Part shown: piece after piece, positions 54,316 to 61,061 of the stretch
Layout of the letters: every line of letters begins with the position of its first letter
Position numbering within the stretch: the first letter of the stretch is position 1
NCBI GenBank assembly: GCA_036154155.1
Contig: JAYZLP010000002.1
Span: forward strand, 1 to 61,061
Direction of reading: 5' to 3'
Source of the DNA: Thermoplasmatota archaeon
GTDB taxonomy: Archaea > Thermoplasmatota > Poseidoniia > Poseidoniales > Thalassarchaeaceae
DNA length: 61,061 nt
The notes under the pieces: model-generated
What the model was told of the DNA's origin: nothing
Databases searched by the model: none
The model's input: only the letters and a program-made list of their open reading frames with translations
Position numbers and translations under genes: made by a program

Positions 54316-55779
54316 ATGGGGCGTGGCATGGCAGGGCGAGTGGCTCTTGTGGCCATAATGCTCGCCAGCACCTCTCTTTCAGGATGTTTCAGTCAAGTAA
54401 TGGGTTCCGAAGACAGCGGCCCTGATTGGAACGAGGGGATGGAATACATCGACTCGCCCTCAAGTCACACCGACTCATGCTCCAGCACTCCTTGCGTCAG
54501 ACCATTCACGGCTGGCGACCCTTTCTCAAATGAAACATGGGGAAACTCCTCGTGGGCCGTGTTCGGAAACGTCGAAGGGGGGAACTGCTGTGAACACTAC
54601 CTTGCCGCTACAAAGGAGGGGTGGATTCTGAACTTTGGCGGAGAATACCCTACATGGTCCGAGGACAGGGGGCACACTTGGAAAGAGTACAGGCCATCCA
54701 TTTTCTCCCAGATAGGATGCATGGAGCCGAAGCCTACCGTGCCCGGTCAAGAGGGCCTAGGGGAGGGCAGCATAGTCCAGGCGACAAATGGCGACTTGAT
54801 TTCCATGGGATGGTTCCCATATCCAAGCTCAAGCGGGGCTGATCAGTTCTATGCTTTCCTTTATGATGCTGAGGACGAGGAGTGGAGTTGGTGCTTCAAC
54901 AGGACCCCCGAGCCTTTCTATGACAGATCATGGCAAGTGGAGGTCGTCGGCCCAATAAATGGGGGCCTGTATGGCAACGGGCCATGGGCCAGCCTAGTGA
55001 TTTCGAACTTCTGGCACCAAGTTCAGAACATAGGGGGACAGATTTCTACTGATGGCCTGAATTACGATTATTTCGGTTTCCCTGACAGGGACGACAATCT
55101 TGATGTCATGGAAGTCGACTTGGATCCACAGGAATTAGGCCCCGAATGGGATTTCACAAAGCCGCATAAGGAGATGAGGGCTTTCCCTGTGCCTTCGGGC
55201 GGCTTATACTTTCCAGATTACTTCGTAGATGGCAGGGACGCGTTCTTGGACACGTCCCTTAATTGGTGGACCGGAGTCACCATGAACGGGTCCTCGCTTC
55301 CATCGCAGTACTGCGCATTCGATTCATCCACTGCACTGCACTGCGTGTCTGCAGGTGGAACTTCCCTCAAACACATGATTTCATGGGATGGGGGGGAGAG
55401 CTGGAGTAACCAATCCTACAACCTCTCATCCGAGGCTACCGAATTGGAGGAATGGGAATTCCACTCCAACGGTGTTCACGATTTGTTCGTACTGAATGTT
55501 CGCTATCAGAGTTCTACGGGTCCTGACGTCGATCTGGCATGGCATGTGAGGGACTTCTCAGATAGCATGCTCCCAGACTACAGGACATACCTGGGACTGG
55601 GGGACCTCGACTCCACATCTGGTGCCGGCAACGACATCAGGTTCGACTTCGCCAGCATGGGGATTCTGCCGGACGGAGGCTCCTTCATTGCATATCATGA
55701 CTCATCGGATCCAGACCCACTTTTCGGATTGGAGCTAATGCTTCCAATGGAGTATATTTCCCAGACGCCAATGTTCTAG
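54316..55779 (+). CDS. Secreted lipoprotein with BNR/Asp-box repeats (sialidase-like beta-propeller)
   Basis: Lipobox-like LSGC. Asp-boxes SEDRGHTWKEY and SWDGGESWSNQ. Confidence 0.7.
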   Translation: MGRGMAGRVALVAIMLASTSLSGCFSQVMGSEDSGPDWNEGMEYIDSPSSHTDSCSSTPCVRPFTAGDPFSNETWGNSSWAVFGNVEGGNCCEHYLAATKEGWILNFGGEYPTWSEDRGHTWKEYRPSIFSQIGCMEPKPTVPGQEGLGEGSIVQATNGDLISMGWFPYPSSSGADQFYAFLYDAEDEEWSWCFNRTPEPFYDRSWQVEVVGPINGGLYGNGPWASLVISNFWHQVQNIGGQISTDGLNYDYFGFPDRDDNLDVMEVDLDPQELGPEWDFTKPHKEMRAFPVPSGGLYFPDYFVDGRDAFLDTSLNWWTGVTMNGSSLPSQYCAFDSSTALHCVSAGGTSLKHMISWDGGESWSNQSYNLSSEATELEEWEFHSNGVHDLFVLNVRYQSSTGPDVDLAWHVRDFSDSMLPDYRTYLGLGDLDSTSGAGNDIRFDFASMGILPDGGSFIAYHDSSDPDPLFGLELMLPMEYISQTPMF

Positions 55780-58700
55780 GATATGACGAATCTCACAGAA
55801 ACCCCGTCAACATCGAATTTTTCGGAATTAGAGGGGAACTCCCCTTCGTTCATTGAGAAATTGCTAGCCCGGGTCTCAGAAACAAGCCTGCTCCAGTCCC
55901 CCTCGGAAAGTTCCAATCCATCAGTCCAAACAGAAAGCGATATTGTTGCTTCTATTTCGAGGTCCAACTCCTTTCTTTTCGCTTGCACCCTCCTGATGAT
56001 GTCTCTGGCGAGGCCCTTGGAAAGTAACTCGTCGTCTATGCCCATGTCAAGGACCAGTGAGACATCCCCATATTCAGACAGGGTGGATGCCGCGTACCCA
56101 TCTTTCTCTACTCTCCTGATCTCTATGTCATCCGAAGTAATCTCGTATCCAGCAAGAGCGGCTATTCCTGCCTCTATCTCGAGAAGCAGGGCCTCGGGTT
56201 CAGCACTCTGGATTTCAGAGAGAACTGCTGGAAGGTCGCCTCTGCATTTTGCACCCAGGGCCTTTCTATTCGGATGGACCTCGATTTTCTGGAATCTGTC
56301 TAGATCGTCTTCTGTGGTCAATTCCTCTACATTCAATTCCTCTGCAAGGATTTCATGGAACTGGGAGATGTCAGGGCCCCCGACAATCCAACCGCTCCTG
56401 CATGGGAGTCTCTGCCTTCTCCCTGCCTCCACCCTGACTCGCCTCCCGGTCTCTGCCAGCGACCTGACCAGATCCATCTCTCTCTCAAGAATGTCGTCTG
56501 TAGGAGGCAGGCTCCTCTCGACCAACTCAGACCCTACTGGCCAATCAGCCAAGTGCACCGAGGACCCCGTGAGCCCCCTGTGAATCGAATCTGGGATGAA
56601 GGGTGATACTGGTGCCATCAGCCTGCAGACAATCAACAAGACCTCATGCAGGGTGTGCTGGCAGGATCTCTTGTCAGAGCTCTCGCCTTCATCCCAGAGC
56701 CGCCTCCTGGATCTCCTGACATACCAGTTCGAGAGATCGTTGACCACGAACGCCTCAAGTTCCCTTCCCCCTTTGTGGAAGTCCCAAGCCACGAAGTGGT
56801 TGTGGTACTCTTCAGACATAGAAGCAACCCTCGATAGGATCCAACGATCCAACGGGCTCCTTTCAGAAACCGGCACGTACGACTCTTCATTCTCAGGGTC
56901 GAAACCATCCAGAGCGGCATAGTCGGCATGGAATCGATATACGTTCCACAGGGTCAGGAACATCTTGGCATAAGACTCCCTGACTCCATTCGGGTCGAAA
57001 TTCGTGGGGGACCACGGGGCACTCTGGGTTGTCATGTACCAGCGGATCGAATCCGCACCCTCCTTGTTGAAGTGGTCCCACGGATTCACGACGTTGCCCT
57101 TTGACTTGCTCATTTTCTTGCCTTCCTTGTCCAAGATGTGGCCCAAAGATAGGCATCTCTTGTAGCAGATGCTGTCGAAAACCGTAGTTGATACCGCTAG
57201 TAGGGAGTAGAACCAACCCCTGGTCTGGTCGACCGCTTCGCAAATGTAGTCCACGGGAAAAGCCCCTTCGAACTTCTCCTCCCTTTCAAACGGATAGTGC
57301 CACTGAGCAAAGGTGGCGCAGCCCGAGTCAAACCAGCAATCCATAACATAGGGCTCCCTCACCATCTCGCCATTGCAGCCCTCTGAAGTACAGTGAAGCA
57401 ATACATCGTCCACATAGGGCCTATGGAGCTCTGGGGGCATGGGCGAAGAACCGGTTTTCATTGAAGCCATCTCTTCAATACTGCCAACACAATGTTCGTT
57501 TCCGCATTCGGGGCAAATCCACACTGGAATCGGGGTCCCCCAATACCTTTCTCGGCTAATGGCCCAATCCTTGATGTTGGAAAGCCACTCTCCCATCCTT
57601 TTACTGCCAGTCCACTCCGGGGCCCACTCAACTTCTGAGTTGTATTGCAGGATTTGTTCCTTTACGGCGGTCATTCTGACGAACCAACTGTCCATCGCGT
57701 AGTACAGCAATGGATGATCCGTTCTCCAGCAGTGAGGGTAGTCGTGTGTGTATTCGTGCTCCCTGTATAACTGACCCTTCTCGTCTAGTAAGTCGATTAT
57801 CGGGTCGTCACAGTCCTTCACGTACTTCCCGTCTAGGATTTCATGTGTCCCAGAAACGAATTTTCCGTCCATGCCAACGGTGTGTTGTGCAGGGAATCCG
57901 ACTTCCATCCCAAGCCTGTAGTCATCCTCTCCGTACATTACAGCGGTGTGAACTACGCCAGTTCCATCAGTCGTGGTCACGAAATCAGCACCAACTATCG
58001 TCCAAGCGCTCTCGTGGCCTGAGCCGTCTATCGCCCCGGGGAAGAGTGGCTTGTACGAATTGCCAACCAATTCAGAGCCAGGGAATTCTGAAACGACTTC
58101 GATCTGGTTCCTAAGAACAGTGCCCACTAGATCCTTAGCAAGAATCAGCTCTTCACCGACCTTTGCCCCGCCTCTGCCTTCCCAGCCCTTGGAGGGTTCA
58201 GCGGTGATGCGGACCCTGCAGTATGTTACATCTGGGCCCACTGCTAGGCCGACGTTCCCCGGAAGGGTCCAGGGGGTGGTGGTCCATGCCAGCACACTAG
58301 CCTCGTCATCCACTAGTTGGAATTTGACAAAGACAGCCGGCTCTGACACTTCCTTGTAGCCTAGGGAGACCTCGTGAGTGGAATAACTGGTACCTGTCTG
58401 GGGGCAATACGGCAGGACCTTGTGACCACGGAAAAGAAGCCCCTTCTCGAACATCTGCTTCAGTGACCACCACGCAGACTCGATGTATTCGTCGTGAAGT
58501 GTGACATATGGGTCATCCATGTCCACCCAGAATGCCATCCTCTCCGTCATCTCCCTCCATGCTTCCTCGTATGTCCACACACTCTCCTTGCACTTCTGAT
58601 TGAAAGCTTCCATCCCATATTCCTCTATGGCCTCATTCGACATGAGGTCTAGTTGCTTTTGCACCTCGATCTCGACCGGGAGTCCGTGGGTGTCCCATCC

Positions 58701-58955
58701 AGCCTTCCTCTCGACCACATGGCCCTCCATCGTTTTCCACCTGCAAACCATGTCCTTGAACAACCTGGAGATGACGTGATGGATGCCAGGCTTACCATTT
58801 GCAGTTGGAGGCCCCTCAAGGAAAGTGAATGTGCTACCGGACTCCCTTCTAGCATCAATCGAACGGGCGAACGTCCCCTCGCTCCCCCATAGTCCGATTA
58901 GAGAGTTCTCAAGGGAGACGGGGTCGAGGTCTCCGGCTGGCTCAGGCACCCCCAT
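55776..58955 (-). CDS. ileS: Isoleucyl-tRNA synthetase
   Basis: PPTANGKPGIHHV (HIGH), KMSKSKGN, an editing domain and zinc-binding CPECG. ATG 58955 was chosen; the longest ORF begins at TTG 59042. Confidence 0.95.
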   Translation of the reverse strand: MGVPEPAGDLDPVSLENSLIGLWGSEGTFARSIDARRESGSTFTFLEGPPTANGKPGIHHVISRLFKDMVCRWKTMEGHVVERKAGWDTHGLPVEIEVQKQLDLMSNEAIEEYGMEAFNQKCKESVWTYEEAWREMTERMAFWVDMDDPYVTLHDEYIESAWWSLKQMFEKGLLFRGHKVLPYCPQTGTSYSTHEVSLGYKEVSEPAVFVKFQLVDDEASVLAWTTTPWTLPGNVGLAVGPDVTYCRVRITAEPSKGWEGRGGAKVGEELILAKDLVGTVLRNQIEVVSEFPGSELVGNSYKPLFPGAIDGSGHESAWTIVGADFVTTTDGTGVVHTAVMYGEDDYRLGMEVGFPAQHTVGMDGKFVSGTHEILDGKYVKDCDDPIIDLLDEKGQLYREHEYTHDYPHCWRTDHPLLYYAMDSWFVRMTAVKEQILQYNSEVEWAPEWTGSKRMGEWLSNIKDWAISRERYWGTPIPVWICPECGNEHCVGSIEEMASMKTGSSPMPPELHRPYVDDVLLHCTSEGCNGEMVREPYVMDCWFDSGCATFAQWHYPFEREEKFEGAFPVDYICEAVDQTRGWFYSLLAVSTTVFDSICYKRCLSLGHILDKEGKKMSKSKGNVVNPWDHFNKEGADSIRWYMTTQSAPWSPTNFDPNGVRESYAKMFLTLWNVYRFHADYAALDGFDPENEESYVPVSERSPLDRWILSRVASMSEEYHNHFVAWDFHKGGRELEAFVVNDLSNWYVRRSRRRLWDEGESSDKRSCQHTLHEVLLIVCRLMAPVSPFIPDSIHRGLTGSSVHLADWPVGSELVERSLPPTDDILEREMDLVRSLAETGRRVRVEAGRRQRLPCRSGWIVGGPDISQFHEILAEELNVEELTTEDDLDRFQKIEVHPNRKALGAKCRGDLPAVLSEIQSAEPEALLLEIEAGIAALAGYEITSDDIEIRRVEKDGYAASTLSEYGDVSLVLDMGIDDELLSKGLARDIIRRVQAKRKELDLEIEATISLSVWTDGLELSEGDWSRLVSETRASNFSMNEGEFPSNSEKFDVDGVSVRFVIS

Positions 58956-59057
58956 CGGCAATGCGACCGACGATGCCGTATTGAATATGACTCGGTCGCC
59001 CGAAGGGCGATTAGAGGCCTTAGTAGCATTCAATAAGGTCAATCGAGACGACCAATC

Positions 59058-59705
59058 ATGTCGGAAACCACCACAATTTCGGTTGGCGGCATGACTTGCA
59101 CCGGTTGTTCAGGAAACGTGTCATCGGCGCTCTCCTCACTAGCAGAAGTGACGTCAGCGGAGGTTTCCCATGAAACTGGATTGGCAGTCGTGGAGCACAG
59201 CGGTGCGGACAGGGAATCGTTGGTCAGGGCCATCCTCGCCTCGGGCTACTCGGTCGATGGCGAGGAACTGCCATTCGACTGGTCGGATGGGTCAGTATGG
59301 AGGCAGTCCGCGCACAATACGAAGTGGTGCCTGGTAGGTTGTTCAATCGGTGATTTTGGCACCATTGCCGCATTCCAATTTATTCCTTATCTCGATGCCC
59401 TTGGATGGTCTACAATGTCGATTATGCTGCTTGCGATGTTCAACGGGATCATGACCTCTATCGCTCTCGAGACCATAATCCTCTCAGCCCAAATGGCATT
59501 GAATGAAGCTTTCAGAGTCGCGATTGGAATGTCCCTGATTTCGATGATTTCAATGGAAGCGACGATGAATATTGTTGACGTTGTTCTGACAGGTGGGGCA
59601 AAGCTGACTTGGTGGGTCATCCCACCAATGCTAATTGCGGGCTTCTTGGCCCCCTGGCCATACAATTATTGGAGGCTCAAGAAGTACGGGGTCGCTTGTC
59701 ATTAG
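59058..59705 (+). CDS. HMA (heavy-metal-associated) domain fused to a DUF4396-like membrane domain
   Basis: N-terminal ISVGGMTCTGCSGNV (GMTCxxC). The C-terminal ~130 aa has 4 helices and begins KWCLVGCSIGDFG. Confidence 0.7.
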   Translation: MSETTTISVGGMTCTGCSGNVSSALSSLAEVTSAEVSHETGLAVVEHSGADRESLVRAILASGYSVDGEELPFDWSDGSVWRQSAHNTKWCLVGCSIGDFGTIAAFQFIPYLDALGWSTMSIMLLAMFNGIMTSIALETIILSAQMALNEAFRVAIGMSLISMISMEATMNIVDVVLTGGAKLTWWVIPPMLIAGFLAPWPYNYWRLKKYGVACH

Positions 59706-59715
59706 GTGGTATGAA

Positions 59716-60498
59716 ATGCAGGACTGGGGCAATCTCTCCGAGCAGATTTCCAATTGGATATCGAGTTACGCCAGCAGTAATGGCATCTCTACATTGGTGG
59801 TGGGCGTCTCAGGCGGAATAGACTCCGCGGTCACCTCCGCGCTTTGCGCCAAAACCGGACTAAGGACCATGGCTCTCAACATGCCTATTCACCAGGAGCC
59901 CTCCCAATACGATCTATCCAACCAGCACATAGAATGGCTATCCACTAATTGGGAAAATGTGGAGGGCCACATAATCGATCTCTCCGGGGCCTTCGACTCA
60001 ATGAGTGCCGAACTCGAGAAGAAGGCAGTAGATGAACTGGCCTTGGCAAACACAAGGGCCAGACTCAGGATGGCCACCCTGTATTCCCTAGCAGGCTCGA
60101 ACAATGGCATAGTGGTCGGCACCGGAAACAAGGTCGAGGATTTCGGTGTCGGCTTCTTCACCAAGTACGGTGACGGGGGGGTCGATATCTCCCCAATCGC
60201 CGACCTATACAAATCAGAAGTTTACTCCCTTGCAAAGGCTCTCGGAATCATCCAGGAAATCCAGGATGCCGCCCCCACGGACGGCCTGTGGGACGACGGC
60301 AGGACCGATGAGGAGCAGATGGGTGCTACATACGAGGAATTGGAGTGGGCAATGAGGGAGATAGAGAGCCCTTCGGGCAAAGAACCCACGGAGAGGCAGA
60401 GCCAGGTGATGGAGAGGTACCTCCAGCTAAACAGCGCCAATTCCCACAAGATGAAGCCGATTCCCGTGTTCAAGAGGGGGACCACTGAGTTCAATTAA
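59716..60498 (+). CDS. nadE: NH3-dependent NAD+ synthetase
   Basis: LVVGVSGGIDSAV (SGGxDS PP-loop), VGTGNKVEDFGVGFFTKYGDGG and PTDGLW. Confidence 0.9.
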   Translation: MQDWGNLSEQISNWISSYASSNGISTLVVGVSGGIDSAVTSALCAKTGLRTMALNMPIHQEPSQYDLSNQHIEWLSTNWENVEGHIIDLSGAFDSMSAELEKKAVDELALANTRARLRMATLYSLAGSNNGIVVGTGNKVEDFGVGFFTKYGDGGVDISPIADLYKSEVYSLAKALGIIQEIQDAAPTDGLWDDGRTDEEQMGATYEELEWAMREIESPSGKEPTERQSQVMERYLQLNSANSHKMKPIPVFKRGTTEFN

Positions 60499-60518
60499 GT
60501 CGCGCCCTACGCCTAGCC

Positions 60519-61055
60519 ATGCAGGAAGGCGTTACAATGCAAACCAGTTATGCCGACAGTGGCCAAATCATGGCAGTGGAGTTCGATAGGAAGATTATCA
60601 TTTACTGGTGGATGATGGCAAACGTAGGACTTCTAGCTTCAATGGTTGGAATCATACTAATGCCAATCTGGATCCCGTTCGGGTGGCTTGTTCACAGGAA
60701 GCAGTATGAGCACATGAGTGGTGCCCTTACAGAACGCTCGATCAACATGCGCATGGGTTGGTTGTTCAAGAAGCAGCAGAACATCGCTCTGGACAAGCTG
60801 ACCGACGTCTCGATCCACGAGGGCCCGATTCTGAGCGCGTTCGGAGTCGTCAGGATGCAGTTCGAGACCGCGGGCGCCGCCCCGTTCATACTGACCGGGG
60901 TGAAGAACGCCAACGAGTTCCGCGACCTAGTCCTCAGGCAGAGGGACTCGCTGGTCTCAGCCCCCCAGCCCCAGGCCGCCCCTCAGGCCGGATCAAGCGA
61001 CGTCCTAGTCGAGATCAGGGACCTCCTGAAGAGCATAGACTCCAGGCTCGAGTGA
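60519..61055 (+). CDS. Membrane protein with a bacterial PH (bPH_2/YdbS-like) domain
   Basis: A two-helix hairpin followed by LFKKQQNIALDKLTDVSIHEGPILSAFGVVRMQFETAG, typical of bPH_2. Confidence 0.65.
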   Translation: MQEGVTMQTSYADSGQIMAVEFDRKIIIYWWMMANVGLLASMVGIILMPIWIPFGWLVHRKQYEHMSGALTERSINMRMGWLFKKQQNIALDKLTDVSIHEGPILSAFGVVRMQFETAGAAPFILTGVKNANEFRDLVLRQRDSLVSAPQPQAAPQAGSSDVLVEIRDLLKSIDSRLE

Positions 61056-61061
61056 TCGGTA

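Noticed and set aside
55783-56583. 266-aa ORF on the plus strand
   Set aside because: It lies entirely antisense to ileS, whose translation carries unmistakable class I synthetase motifs. The antisense product is Ser/Leu/Pro-rich low complexity, so it is a shadow ORF.
1-61061. Search for CRISPR arrays, tRNA/rRNA genes, IS elements, integrases, prophage or toxin-antitoxin/defence genes
   Set aside because: Spacers between genes are nearly all under 130 nt, and none reads as a cloverleaf or a repeat-spacer array. No translation showed transposase, integrase, nuclease-helicase defence or capsid-like motifs. This is visual inspection only. Running tRNAscan-SE, Infernal and a defence-system HMM set would be the proper check.

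Overview
This 61-kb window is a very gene-dense chromosomal segment. I call about 55 CDS, more than 90% of the sequence is coding, and many neighbouring genes overlap by 1-4 nt at start/stop. I found no rRNA, tRNA, CRISPR array, transposase or integrase. The content reads as archaeal: ADH synthase + 3-dehydroquinate synthase II + GHMP-type shikimate kinase, TATA-box binding protein, RibL-type FAD synthetase, mevalonate kinase and a SepF-like protein. These sit among many bacterial-looking metabolic genes and acidic secreted or membrane-anchored proteins. That profile suggests a planktonic marine euryarchaeote (Marine Group II / Poseidoniales-like), but this is inference only. Blocks in order: (1) exoIII 3' end and a shikimate operon, 1-4105 (+). 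(2) A MoxR-ATPase / DUF58 / DUF4350-like / polytopic membrane operon, 4109-9093 (-). (3) A molybdenum-hydroxylase locus, 10185-18828 (-). It holds 2Fe-2S, Mo and FAD subunits, an HTH_10 regulator, an S8 lipoprotein protease, XdhC, a ZIP transporter and a MocA-like gene. (4) Acyl-CoA dehydrogenase, a Ca2+/cation antiporter, a fused 2-oxoacid dehydrogenase E1 alpha-beta protein with an extra zinc-ribbon N-terminal region, MoeB-rhodanese and TrxR. (5) A riboflavin/FAD cluster (ribH-ribE-ribL, ribB). (6) A 1276-aa single ORF fusing a secreted subtilase to an AmpG-like MFS permease, which is the most unusual object in the window. (7) Membrane pyrophosphatase, an amidotransferase, Nfu, endonuclease III and Bcp. 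(8) A SepF-like gene, a 1160-aa PKD-repeat surface protein, a TBP carrying a ~55-aa acidic insertion, and mevalonate kinase. (9) A membrane HdrD/EtfD-like Fe-S oxidoreductase, CysRS, a cell-anchored LTD-amidohydrolase, a BNR lipoprotein, IleRS, an HMA-DUF4396 fusion, NadE and a bPH_2 protein. All family assignments come from reading motifs in the supplied translations. No database search was run.
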